Shown here: piece after piece, positions 8,466-17,475 of the stretch | Layout of the letters: every line of letters begins with the position of its first letter | How positions within the stretch are numbered: position 1 is the stretch's first letter | Assembly: GCA_016432405.1 (NCBI GenBank) | Contig: CP066687.1 | Span: 515,065-579,064 of the forward strand | Source of the DNA: Candidatus Giovannonibacteria bacterium | GTDB lineage: Bacteria; Patescibacteriota; Minisyncoccia; UBA11713; 2-01-FULL-45-33 | Direction of reading: 5' to 3' | DNA length: 64,000 bases | Notes under the pieces: model-generated | What the model was told of the DNA's origin: nothing | Databases searched by the model: none | The model's input: the letters and a program-made list of their open reading frames with translations, nothing else | Position numbers and translations under genes: made by a program

Positions 8466-10052
8466 ATGCGGGCTGAAATTCTTGTGCTCATTGTGCTCGC
8501 GCTCATAGCGCTGGTGTCGTTTCTGGGCATACTTACTGAAATAAATAAAAAATTCGGGGTGGAAACTCCGGCTTTCGGAGGGACGCTGCGCGAAGGCGTT
8601 GTCGGGAGCCCGCGATTTATGAATCCGCTTCTCGCGCAATCGGACGCCGACCGCGACTTGGTTTCCCTGCTATATTCTGACCTCCTGCGCCACGACGGCG
8701 AGGGTAAGCCCAAGCCGGCGCTTGCGGAAAAATACGAAGTTTCCCCGGATGGACGGGAATACACGGTGACATTGAAAGACAAACTCTACTGGTCGGACGG
8801 CGAAAAGCTCACCGCGGACGACGTAATTTTCACAATCAGCATGGCGAAGAATCCGCTTGTACAGAGCATCCGCCGCGCCAACTGGGAAGGAGTTGAAGTT
8901 GAAAAAATAGACGAGCGCAGGGTCCGCTTCCGCCTCAACAAGGCCTACGCGCCGTTTTTGGAAAATTTGACGCTTGGTATTTTGCCGAAACACGTCTGGG
9001 AAAAAATCCCGGCGTCACAGATATCTTTGGCGGAGCTCAACACAAACCCCGTGGGAGCCGGGCCATACAAAATAAAGTCAGTTGATAAGGACTCTCGCGG
9101 CTCAATAGTTTCCGCAACGCTTACCGCAAATAGATATTTCGCTTTGGGCAAACCGCACATCAAAACCGTTTTTTTGAAATTTTATCCCGACGAAGATTCC
9201 GCGCTCAAAGGCCTGGAAAGCGGCGCGATAGACGCTTACGGCGCGATATCTCCGAAAAATATAGATAAGCTGGGGAGCAGGACGAAAGTTGAGGATATTT
9301 CGCTGGAACGCGTAATCGCCGTTTTTTTAAACCAGGGGGCCAAAAAAGAGTTCGCCTCCGCAGATGTCCGCAAGGCGCTTAACGCCGCGGTGGATAAAAA
9401 GGCGCTTTTGGACAGAGGGCTTTGGGGACGCGGGAAAATAATCGACGGGCCGCTTCCGGAAGCAGCGGAAAATAATTTATACGACCCGGATGCGGCGAGG
9501 AGCATTGTTAGTAAAAGTAAAAAAGAAATCAGCTTCACGCTTACAACGGCGAGGACAGCGGAACTTCTGGAGATTGCGGAAATCTTAAAAAACATGTGGA
9601 ACGAAGCCGGCTTTAAAGTTGAAGTAAAAAATTTCCCCGTAGGCGACCTTGAGCAAAGCGTAATCGGACCCAGAAGATACGACGCTTTTCTTTACGGCGA
9701 GGAGCTTGTCGGCAAAAACCCCGACCCCTTCGCTTTTTGGCATTCCAGCCAAAGGAACCATCCGGGATACAACATTGCGCTTTACGCCAATTCCCGCGTG
9801 GATAAGCTTTTGGAAGACGTCCGTGTTGAGCAAAGCGAAGAAAAGCGCGCCGAGCTTTATAAAAACATCCAGCGCGAGATAAAACGCGACCAGCCGGCGG
9901 TATTCCTTTTCTCTCCTTCCTATCTTTACGCAGTTCCGCGCGTTCTGGGCGGGATAGAAATAAAAAGCGTGAATACCGGTTCAGACCGGTATGACACGAT
10001 TCATAATTGGTATTTAGAAAGAATGTATGTTTGGAAAATATTTATTAAATAG
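8466..10052 (+). CDS. ABC transporter substrate-binding protein, family 5 (OppA/DppA-like), N-terminal membrane anchor
   Basis: 528 aa. N-terminal TM, and a body matching solute-binding family 5 layout (EKYEVSPDGREYTVTLKDKLYWSDGEKLTADDV...). Confidence 0.85.
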   Translation: MRAEILVLIVLALIALVSFLGILTEINKKFGVETPAFGGTLREGVVGSPRFMNPLLAQSDADRDLVSLLYSDLLRHDGEGKPKPALAEKYEVSPDGREYTVTLKDKLYWSDGEKLTADDVIFTISMAKNPLVQSIRRANWEGVEVEKIDERRVRFRLNKAYAPFLENLTLGILPKHVWEKIPASQISLAELNTNPVGAGPYKIKSVDKDSRGSIVSATLTANRYFALGKPHIKTVFLKFYPDEDSALKGLESGAIDAYGAISPKNIDKLGSRTKVEDISLERVIAVFLNQGAKKEFASADVRKALNAAVDKKALLDRGLWGRGKIIDGPLPEAAENNLYDPDAARSIVSKSKKEISFTLTTARTAELLEIAEILKNMWNEAGFKVEVKNFPVGDLEQSVIGPRRYDAFLYGEELVGKNPDPFAFWHSSQRNHPGYNIALYANSRVDKLLEDVRVEQSEEKRAELYKNIQREIKRDQPAVFLFSPSYLYAVPRVLGGIEIKSVNTGSDRYDTIHNWYLERMYVWKIFIK

Positions 10053-10743
10053 CGCAAGAAGTCCCGACATTTCCAAACGCATGGTTTTTGACATGAAGCC
10101 GGTGTTTAGAAATCCGGAGGCGGTCGGGAAAAACAGCGTTTTCTACGAAGTTTATAGAAACCTTGAAATCGTCGGCGGGAAAGTCAGATACGACATTACG
10201 GAAATACCGCAGCAAAAAATTGGCGGTGAATTCGCCAAGACATTCGGGCATTACCACCGCGGACCGCAGTCCGACCTTTACGAAGTTCTAGAGGGCCGTG
10301 CTTATTTCTTAATCCAACGGTATGAAAACGACCCCGCGGCAATAACGGAGGCCTACATAATAGAGGCAAGCGCAGGAGAAAAAGTTGTGACACCGCCGAA
10401 CTTCGGCCACCTTGCCATCAATATTGGCGACGCGAATTTGGTTCTGGCTAATTGGGTCGGGCTCGTGGATTACGATTATGAAACCATAAAAAAATACCGC
10501 GGGGGATGCTACTATGTCAGAGACGTCGGTGAAGCAATAGAGTTTGAAAAAAACCAAAATTACAAATCCGTTCCGGAAATTAAAAAACTAAAATTCCGCG
10601 ACCTGCCAGAATTTGGGATTAAAAACGGTGCGGAATATCCGATCTGGAATTTGCGCGAAACTCCTGAAAAATTGGATTGGCTGATAAATCCTGGAAAATA
10701 TTTAGACCTTTTAACAATAGACAAACTTTATAGAGCAATTTAA
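10027..10743 (+). CDS. Cupin-type sugar-phosphate isomerase (archaeal-type glucose-6-phosphate isomerase-like)
   Basis: 238 aa. Cupin metal motif GHYH-x7-E (FGHYHRGPQSDLYEV) as in cupin PGI. Start overlaps the upstream gene by 26 nt; an alternative start is at 10081. Confidence 0.6.
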   Translation: MFGKYLLNSARSPDISKRMVFDMKPVFRNPEAVGKNSVFYEVYRNLEIVGGKVRYDITEIPQQKIGGEFAKTFGHYHRGPQSDLYEVLEGRAYFLIQRYENDPAAITEAYIIEASAGEKVVTPPNFGHLAINIGDANLVLANWVGLVDYDYETIKKYRGGCYYVRDVGEAIEFEKNQNYKSVPEIKKLKFRDLPEFGIKNGAEYPIWNLRETPEKLDWLINPGKYLDLLTIDKLYRAI

Positions 10744-10748
10744 GACAA

Positions 10749-10830
10749 GCCCCAGTGGCGGAACTGGAATACGCGTACGGCTCAGAACCGTATCCCGCAA
10801 GGGTTAGAGGTTCAAATCCTCTCTGGGGCA
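10749..10830 (+). tRNA. tRNA-Leu (anticodon CAG)
   Basis: Hand-folded: acceptor GCCCCAG/CTGGGGC, anticodon arm TACGG-CTCAGAA-CCGTA, long variable arm CCCGCAAGGG, T-arm AGAGG-TTCAAAT-CCTCT, discriminator A. Confidence 0.9.
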
Positions 10831-10849
10831 AAAGTAAATACGCAAAAGC

Positions 10850-11329
10850 ATGAAAAAAAACAAAAATGACTACAGCATCTCTGTGTACGCAATAATCAAA
10901 AAGGGCGGTAGGGTACTTTTAACAGAAGATCACTATCGACACGGCTGGAAATTGCCTGGCGGCGGAGTACAGCCTAAAGAATTATTGTTGGATGCGTTAG
11001 TTCGCGAAACAAAAGAAGAGGTCGGGTTCAATATAAAACCGACCAGTTTAATATATATATCAAACTGGTTCAATAAAGAAAAGGGCGAAGTAAGATTAAG
11101 AATATATTTTATAGCTAAAATTAAATCTGGTGTAATTAAATTTCACGATGGCGAAGTAAAAGAAGCAAAGTGGTTTACTAAAAGACAACTCAAGTCACTA
11201 AAAGAAAAAGATTTTTTGTTTCCACATCACTATTTCGTCGCTGTTCAATCCTATTTGAAATGCAAGGAAGCAAACATAATCGTGAAGAAAGACGCTAAAA
11301 ATCGTTATAACTTATTTATTACTAATTAA
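10850..11329 (+). CDS. NUDIX hydrolase
   Basis: 159 aa. Nudix box GGVQPKELLLDALVRETKEEVG (Gx5Ex7REUxEExGU). AT-rich relative to its neighbours. Confidence 0.85.
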   Translation: MKKNKNDYSISVYAIIKKGGRVLLTEDHYRHGWKLPGGGVQPKELLLDALVRETKEEVGFNIKPTSLIYISNWFNKEKGEVRLRIYFIAKIKSGVIKFHDGEVKEAKWFTKRQLKSLKEKDFLFPHHYFVAVQSYLKCKEANIIVKKDAKNRYNLFITN

Positions 11330-11339
11330 ATAAAAAAAT

Positions 11340-13124
11340 ATGCCGCCGAGACAATCGAGACCAAGAATCAGAACATTAAATAGAACCTCCGACCGCAAAT
11401 TTTATAAAGAGGGCTCGCTTACCGGCCATGAAGCGCGCGGCCACGCCGCGGCTCTTAAGCGCGACACGCTTTATTATGTCCCATTGGGCGGGCTGGAGGA
11501 AGTCGGACGCAACTGCTCGTTTTTTGAATACAATGACGAAATCGTAATTATTGACATGGGCATACAGTTTCCCGAGGAAGAAACCCCGGGCGTGGATTGG
11601 ATTATCCCTAACACGAGCTATCTTGAGAAAAAGAAGAAAAACATCAGGGCGCTTCTCATAACCCACGGGCATTATGACCACTACGGCGCAGTCCCTTATG
11701 TGCTGGAGCGGCTCGGAAATCCGCCGATTTATGGCACGCGGCTCATCAGAGAAATCCTCCAAAAACGCTTAAGCGAGATGCCGAATGTCCCGAAAATGCG
11801 CTTTATAGAAATAAAAAACCGCGACAAAATCAAGCTCTCCGAGCATTTGACCGCCGAGTTTTTCGGCGTAAGCCACACCGTGCCGGACACGACCGGAGTG
11901 GCGTTCCATACTCCTGCAGGCATTATGGTGCATTTCGCCGATTTCCGGCTTGACTACGACCAGGAAGACACGGTTCAAAATATCCAGGAATTTGAACGGC
12001 TCTCTAAACTCAGCGTCCATACATTGTTTTTGGACAGCACCAATGCTGACGTGGAAGGCCATTCTGTTTCGGAAAAATTGGTTGAGGCCAATCTTGAAAA
12101 AACTTTTCTGGAAGCCAAGGGTCGGATTGTCCTTTCAACATTTTCATCAATGATTACCCGCATGGCCGAAATCGTGAAAATTGCCGAAAAACTGGGCCGC
12201 AAAGTCGTAATCAATGGCAGAAGCATGAAAGACAATCTTGAAATCGCCAAACAGCTCGGCTATATCAAATACAAGCCCGGAACGCTCGTGCAGGTTGAAG
12301 AAATAAATAAATACAAAGACGATAAAATACTCATTCTCTCAACCGGGGCGCAGGGACAGGAAAACTCCGGGCTGATGCGCATAGCGAACAGCGAGCATAA
12401 GCATATTCACATCAAGCCAGGCGACACGATTATGTTTTCTTCCTCGGTAATCCCCGGCAACGAGCGCGGCGTGCAGACGCTCAAAGACAATTTCACGCGC
12501 CAAGGCGCGATTGTTATCACAAATGACGACCTTGACATCCATTCATCCGGCCACGCCCCCGGCGACGACCTGACGATAGTCGCTAAAATCTGTAAGCCGA
12601 AATTCATTGTCCCCATCCACGGCTTCTATTTCAAGCGCGCCGCCAACATCCAAAATATGAAACCGATAGGCATCGGCAAAGAGCGCATCGTTTTAATGGA
12701 CAACGGCCAGATTTTAGAACTTGGCAAAAACAGCGCGGTCATTACCGACAAAACCGTTGACGCTTTTTATGTCATGGTGGACGGCCTCGGCATCGGAGAC
12801 GTGCAGGAGGTGGTTCTGCGCGACCGCCGGATGCTCTCGCAGGACGGCATTTTCGTGGTCATCGCGGCGGTTGATTCAAAAACCGGACAGGTGAAGGGCT
12901 CGCCCGACATAATTTCGCGCGGTTTTATTTATCTAAAAGAATCGCATGAACTCCTCGCGCACACGCGCCACCTCGTAAAGCGCGTGGTGGAAGAATCCAC
13001 GAATAAAATGCATCCGATAAATTATACCCATGTCCGCGACAATGTCCGCGAGCGACTGGGCTCCTACCTTTTCCAAAAAACCAACCGCCGCCCCATGGTA
13101 TTGCCGGTGATTATTGAGGTATGA
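11340..13124 (+). CDS. rnj: Ribonuclease J (metallo-beta-lactamase / beta-CASP RNase)
   Basis: 594 aa. HxHxDH motif (LITHGHYDHYG), N-terminal and domain architecture typical of RNase J. Confidence 0.92.
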   Translation: MPPRQSRPRIRTLNRTSDRKFYKEGSLTGHEARGHAAALKRDTLYYVPLGGLEEVGRNCSFFEYNDEIVIIDMGIQFPEEETPGVDWIIPNTSYLEKKKKNIRALLITHGHYDHYGAVPYVLERLGNPPIYGTRLIREILQKRLSEMPNVPKMRFIEIKNRDKIKLSEHLTAEFFGVSHTVPDTTGVAFHTPAGIMVHFADFRLDYDQEDTVQNIQEFERLSKLSVHTLFLDSTNADVEGHSVSEKLVEANLEKTFLEAKGRIVLSTFSSMITRMAEIVKIAEKLGRKVVINGRSMKDNLEIAKQLGYIKYKPGTLVQVEEINKYKDDKILILSTGAQGQENSGLMRIANSEHKHIHIKPGDTIMFSSSVIPGNERGVQTLKDNFTRQGAIVITNDDLDIHSSGHAPGDDLTIVAKICKPKFIVPIHGFYFKRAANIQNMKPIGIGKERIVLMDNGQILELGKNSAVITDKTVDAFYVMVDGLGIGDVQEVVLRDRRMLSQDGIFVVIAAVDSKTGQVKGSPDIISRGFIYLKESHELLAHTRHLVKRVVEESTNKMHPINYTHVRDNVRERLGSYLFQKTNRRPMVLPVIIEV

Positions 13125-13132
13125 TTTAAGTT

Positions 13133-13822
13133 GTGATACCTGTCTCGACCTTAATCTACATTTTTAACGGCACAATGGCTTTGTGGTATGGGCTTAGAAA
13201 CCTCCGCGCTTACCAACAAACCAAAAATGACTACTCTTTGATGTTTTTCCGGGTAGGACTCGGGGTGGCGATTGCGGAATATTTTTACGGCATTCCGCTT
13301 TTATTCCTTCCTATCAATTCCTATTTGAATGGTTTATCTTATCTTTTAGCCATATTCCCGCTTTTTGTCGGTCTTAATTATGCGCTGCGTTTTATTTTGA
13401 AAGCGTGGGACTATCACAATACCGAGAAAGTGGTTGCAGTTCTAATTCCCTTTGTTGTGTTAATTTTCTTTTTGTTTCATCTGCACGCCGTCCCTATGCC
13501 CCTCTATTTTCTTCTAGGCTTGTTCAGATTTGTCGACTGGCGCGTACTTTATCCTTACGACCTGATTTGGGCCGCGCTGCTTTTCTTGACCACGGTACTT
13601 CCCGGCATTTATTTCCTTGCGGTGAAAGTAGAGACAAAAAAGGCGTTTCTGAAAAAAATTCTGTTTGGGATTGTGTTTGTTCTCGGCGGTTTAGGCGGGA
13701 TTGTGATTGTGGTTTTTTCGGGTTATCCCATATTGCTGGTTTGGGCATTTATAATTCAGTTTATTGGGTTTTCCGCTTTGGGAAGCATTTTCTTGGTTGA
13801 TATTTTTCTGAAAGAAACCTAA
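13133..13822 (+). CDS. Hypothetical integral membrane protein
   Basis: 229 aa, about 6 hydrophobic helices, no recognisable family. Confidence 0.55.
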   Translation: MIPVSTLIYIFNGTMALWYGLRNLRAYQQTKNDYSLMFFRVGLGVAIAEYFYGIPLLFLPINSYLNGLSYLLAIFPLFVGLNYALRFILKAWDYHNTEKVVAVLIPFVVLIFFLFHLHAVPMPLYFLLGLFRFVDWRVLYPYDLIWAALLFLTTVLPGIYFLAVKVETKKAFLKKILFGIVFVLGGLGGIVIVVFSGYPILLVWAFIIQFIGFSALGSIFLVDIFLKET

Positions 13823-13831
13823 AATTATACA

Positions 13832-14821
13832 ATGAAACAAACAGTGGTAAGCGGGGTCAGGCCAACGGGAGATTTGCACATAGGAAATTACCTCGGGGCC
13901 ATTAAGCAATTTGTGGAACTTCAAAAAAAATACAAGGCGTATTTTTTTATAGCGGACCTGCATGCCATCAACGAGCCACAGGACCCCGAAAAATTGGGGA
14001 ATCAAACACTGGAAGTCGCGGCGCTTTATTTAGCTTGCGGGCTAGAACCCGCCAACACAACGCTTTTTCTCCAATCGCATATCTCGGAGCATCTTGAGTT
14101 AGCCCATATTTTAAGCACCATCACTCCGGTCGGAGAACTTTCCCGCATGACGCAGTATAAAGACAAAGTTGCTTCCGGAAAACCGGCTAATTTGGGCTTG
14201 TTGGCGTACCCGGCGCTTATGGCCGCGGATATTTTAATCTACAACGCGGACGCCGTGCCGGTCGGCAAAGACCAGCTGCAACATTTGGAATTCGCTCGGA
14301 TGATCGCAAGAAAATTCAACGCGCGATTCGGAGAAACTTTCAAAGAGCCGAGGGCGTTAATCCAAAAAGAGGGCGCGCGCATAATGGGTTTGGATGACCC
14401 TTCAAAGAAAATGTCCAAATCGGCCGCAAGTTCAAATAATTATATCGGAATTTTGGATAGCGAAGAAGAAATTCGGAGAAAAATAAAAATCGCCGTGACG
14501 GATTCCGGAAAAGAAATAAAATTTGAGCCGAAAACAAAGCCAGCCATCTCCAATTTGCTTGCTATCTACAGCAACGTGGCGAACGTATCTATTTCGGAGC
14601 TTGAAAAAAAATATGCGGGCAAAACATATGCCGATTTTAAGTCGGATCTAGCGGACGCGCTAGTCAAAACCCTCTCCCCTATCCAAAAAAAATATAAAGC
14701 GCTGGCCAAGGACAAAGAAAGTGTTCTTAAAATCCTAAAAAACGGGGCGGATGCGGCTAAAGACGCGGCCGAGCTGAAAATGCACGAAGTGCGCCAAAAA
14801 ATCGGGTTACTTCATTATTAA
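13832..14821 (+). CDS. trpS: Tryptophan--tRNA ligase
   Basis: 329 aa, class I motifs HIGN (GDLHIGNYLG) and KMSKS. Confidence 0.95.
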   Translation: MKQTVVSGVRPTGDLHIGNYLGAIKQFVELQKKYKAYFFIADLHAINEPQDPEKLGNQTLEVAALYLACGLEPANTTLFLQSHISEHLELAHILSTITPVGELSRMTQYKDKVASGKPANLGLLAYPALMAADILIYNADAVPVGKDQLQHLEFARMIARKFNARFGETFKEPRALIQKEGARIMGLDDPSKKMSKSAASSNNYIGILDSEEEIRRKIKIAVTDSGKEIKFEPKTKPAISNLLAIYSNVANVSISELEKKYAGKTYADFKSDLADALVKTLSPIQKKYKALAKDKESVLKILKNGADAAKDAAELKMHEVRQKIGLLHY

Positions 14822-16048
14822 ATCAGCTAGAATTTTTCTTTTTTCTTCCAGAAGCTCCGAAGTGGACGCCTCAATATTTAAACGGAGCAGGTCTTCGGTG
14901 TTGGACGGGCGCAAATTGAACCACCAGTCGGGATATTCTATCTTGATTCCGTCCGAATATGACGCCTTGCCGTCAGTAAAATGCGCAGCGACTTTGTCTA
15001 TTATTTTTTCCTTATCTTTTATTTTGAAATTTATTTCTTCGGATTTAAAATAGCGCGCCAGCGGCTTGATGAGCTCGCTTAATGGCTTCTTAGTTTCTCT
15101 CAACAAATCCAACACGGCGAGAGCCGCGAAAATCCCAGAATCGGAGTAGAAAAAATCGCGGAAATAATAATGTCCGGAAAGCTCTCCGCCGAAAACCGCG
15201 TTTTCTTTTTTCATCAGCGCCTTAACAAATGAATGCCCCACCCGGCTCTCTACCGCGACTCCGCCGGCCGCCTCTATTTCTTCCCTAACCGCTCTGCTTG
15301 AAGGAATATCGTAGATGATTTTCTCGCCGGGCTTGGCGTATTTTCGCGCCAAAAGCGCCGTAATCATGTCTCCGGGCGCTGCTTTCCCGCTTTCGTCGCG
15401 GAACATCACCCTATCTCCGTCAAAATCAAAAGACTCTCCGGGTATCTTATCCGCCAGCGCAAATTTAATAATATAAGATTTTAAATGCGGGAAGCTCCCT
15501 GCCAGAAATTTGGTATATTCATCTGAAAAATCTTTTTTAACAACACTCCCGCGATTTTCAGAATTTTGGAAAATACCGCGCAGAGAATCATTTTTTATTT
15601 CTTCCATCCCCGAGCCGGCGCCGATAGAAACCGCGGATTTTTTTGAGAGCTTCATGCCATTAAATTCCGGCGGGTTATGCGAAGCAGTAATCATCGCGCC
15701 GCCGTCCGCTTCTGTTTTATTTAAGATGAAATAATGCATCGGCGTTGTCGTCAGCCCTGCGTCAATAATTTCCGCGCCCTCATCCGAAAGCCCGTCCGAG
15801 AAAGCCTCTTTAAGCGCTGGTGATGATTCGCGCGCGTCGGAGCTCACAACAATTTCCAACTTCTCATCTCTTACTTCTAACCTCAAATACCGCGCAAAAG
15901 CGCGGGCTATTTTATACGCCGCGTCTTCATTGATTTCTTCCGGATAAATCCCCCGAATATCATACGCCCTAAAAATCCCCTCGGGGGGTAGTGAAGCGCG
16001 AGCTCTACTACCCCCCTCGCTCCACGACTTTTGCGCAATTTTGTGCAT
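14807..16048 (-). CDS. Phosphomannomutase / phosphoglucomutase
   Basis: 413 aa. Active-site loop TASHNPPEFNGMK, N-terminal IFRAYDIRG. The N-terminus carries an in-frame palindrome insertion. Confidence 0.9.
   Translation of the reverse strand: MHKIAQKSWSEGGSRARASLPPEGIFRAYDIRGIYPEEINEDAAYKIARAFARYLRLEVRDEKLEIVVSSDARESSPALKEAFSDGLSDEGAEIIDAGLTTTPMHYFILNKTEADGGAMITASHNPPEFNGMKLSKKSAVSIGAGSGMEEIKNDSLRGIFQNSENRGSVVKKDFSDEYTKFLAGSFPHLKSYIIKFALADKIPGESFDFDGDRVMFRDESGKAAPGDMITALLARKYAKPGEKIIYDIPSSRAVREEIEAAGGVAVESRVGHSFVKALMKKENAVFGGELSGHYYFRDFFYSDSGIFAALAVLDLLRETKKPLSELIKPLARYFKSEEINFKIKDKEKIIDKVAAHFTDGKASYSDGIKIEYPDWWFNLRPSNTEDLLRLNIEASTSELLEEKRKILADLIMK
15983..16016. repeat. In-frame GC-rich inverted repeat in the N-terminus of the phosphomannomutase gene
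   Basis: GGGGGGTAGTG-aagcgcgagctct-ACTACCCCCC, encoding SWSEGGSRARASLPPEG ahead of the conserved IFRAYDIRG. Confidence 0.6.
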
Positions 16049-16084
16049 TACCTTATTCTATAATTTAGGCCTATTTTTAGACAC

Positions 16085-16113
16085 TTGACACAGCATTTGT
16101 TTGGGTGTATAAT
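16085..16113 (+). promoter_or_regulatory. Consensus sigma70 promoter
   Basis: TTGACA (16085-16090), 17 nt spacer, TATAAT (16108-16113). Perfect -35/-10 consensus. About 75 nt structured leader before the SD AAGGGGGTG. Confidence 0.65.
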
Positions 16114-16193
16114 AGGAGCAAGATGGCGTGACGCCGTCTGGCCTAAGGGAATAGGCCCTTAAGCCAACTTCTTTGACAAGAAGGGGGTGCTAT

Positions 16194-16655
16194 ATGTTTG
16201 GAAAAGCAAAGGTCCAGAAAATGGACGTAACTGAATGGTTCTATGCCGCCATTAAAACAACTGAGAAAGTTTTAGTATGCGCGGTAAAAGACATTTCTCC
16301 AGATTCATTTCAGAGCAACGAGCTTTATAGCATGAACATCAACATAGTTGCTAAGCCAGGAGAAAAGAGTTGTGCAGGAGACACAGCAGTAGAAAGACGA
16401 GAATTTAGACTTCATTGCAAGTTTAAACTAGCATCTTATGGTGGCCACGGAAGTGCCAATGTGATTTTATACTTCCGCAAGATCAGCACAAGCCAAGTTG
16501 ACCTTTGGGACGACGAACACAGCTACGCCCAAGTCAGATTTGGCAGTCGCGGAGATTACTTCTTTGTAATAGAGGGGTTATTTTCAGAACCTCGCATCAC
16601 TGAACGCGCCTCCTCATCTCAAGTGGGTATAGCAAAATGCTTTGAAACGGGATAA
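16194..16655 (+). CDS. Hypothetical protein (self-contained transcription unit)
   Basis: 153 aa from the ATG at 16194, preceded by the strong SD AAGGGGGTG (the track's 16173 start lacks an SD). Bracketed by a consensus promoter and an intrinsic terminator. No recognisable family. Confidence 0.6.
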   Translation: MFGKAKVQKMDVTEWFYAAIKTTEKVLVCAVKDISPDSFQSNELYSMNINIVAKPGEKSCAGDTAVERREFRLHCKFKLASYGGHGSANVILYFRKISTSQVDLWDDEHSYAQVRFGSRGDYFFVIEGLFSEPRITERASSSQVGIAKCFETG

Positions 16656-16671
16656 GGTCATCACCTGCTTT

Positions 16672-16708
16672 GCCGCCGAGGACAGTGCGCCTCGGCGGTT
16701 TTTTTATT
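16672..16708 (+). terminator. Rho-independent terminator
   Basis: GCCGCCGAGG-acagtgcg-CCTCGGCGG followed by TTTTTTTATTTT. Confidence 0.7.
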
Positions 16709-16757
16709 TTTACGACGAACGCGCGTTAAAGCCACGGTAAAACCGTAGTGCAAATTT

Positions 16758-16784
16758 CACCGCTATAGCTGTCAAACTTGCACT
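16758..16784 (+). promoter_or_regulatory. Operator-like repeat, copy 1 (GCTATAGC palindrome core)
   Basis: CACCGCTATAGCTGTCAAACTTGCACT upstream of the PaaX-like gene. Near-identical copy at 17414-17440 upstream of ychF. Confidence 0.45.
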
Positions 16785-16804
16785 AGTAATTGGCACGCGC
16801 TACT

Positions 16805-17380
16805 ATGGCATTAATGCGAAAACGTTATTCAGAACTGCGGATAGGTCCGACGGCTCAAAAAGTGGTGCTTTTGCTTTGGGGCGGTTTAGCGCTTGGGCTT
16901 ACGCATTCCCCGCGGCAATACTTTAAAATTATAAAAATGATTGGCAAAGAATGGCATAATATTAACCGGCGAGCGCTTTACAACGCCATAAAAAGTTTAT
17001 ACCGCTCTCGTCTCATAGATGCCGAAGATAATGCAAGCGGCGTCACCACACTTGTCTTAACCGAGCGCGGCAAAAAGAAAGCTCTGACCTATCAAATTGA
17101 CGAATTGAAAATACCGCCGATGAAAAAATGGGATCGCAAATGGCGCATAGTTCTTTTTGACATACCGGAGAGCATGAAAAAAGCCAGAGACGCCTTGGCA
17201 AGAACACTGAAAAACGCCGGGTTTATAAAATTTCAAAAAAGCGTATTTATTCATCCATTTGAATGTAGAAATGAAGTTGATTTTATTATAGAATTTTTTA
17301 ACGTAAGACCCCATGTCCGATTTATTACAGCGACCGAAATCGACAATGAACTTCATCTGAAGAATAAGTTTAATTTATAA
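16805..17380 (+). CDS. PaaX-family-like transcriptional regulator (winged HTH plus Cas2-like PaaX_C domain)
   Basis: Matches the PaaX C-terminal pattern W(x)RIVLFDIPE...R...L...GF...Q.SVF, with a wHTH-like N-terminus. The track start at 16790 is TTG; the first ATG is at 16805. Confidence 0.6.
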   Translation: MALMRKRYSELRIGPTAQKVVLLLWGGLALGLTHSPRQYFKIIKMIGKEWHNINRRALYNAIKSLYRSRLIDAEDNASGVTTLVLTERGKKKALTYQIDELKIPPMKKWDRKWRIVLFDIPESMKKARDALARTLKNAGFIKFQKSVFIHPFECRNEVDFIIEFFNVRPHVRFITATEIDNELHLKNKFNL

Positions 17381-17413
17381 CGATTATTGTTTACGAAATC
17401 CAATTACAAGTTT

Positions 17414-17440
17414 CAGCGCTATAGCTGTCAGATTTGCACT
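17414..17440 (+). promoter_or_regulatory. Operator-like repeat, copy 2
   Basis: CAGCGCTATAGCTGTCAGATTTGCACT, 24 of 27 identical to copy 1. Sits 35 nt upstream of the ychF ATG. Confidence 0.45.
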
Positions 17441-17475
17441 TCAGTTTTTAGTGCGGCGGTGATAAAATAGCGTGC

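Noticed and set aside
10619-10831. 70 aa minus-strand ORF
   Set aside because: Overlaps tRNA-Leu(CAG) at 10749-10830. Spurious.
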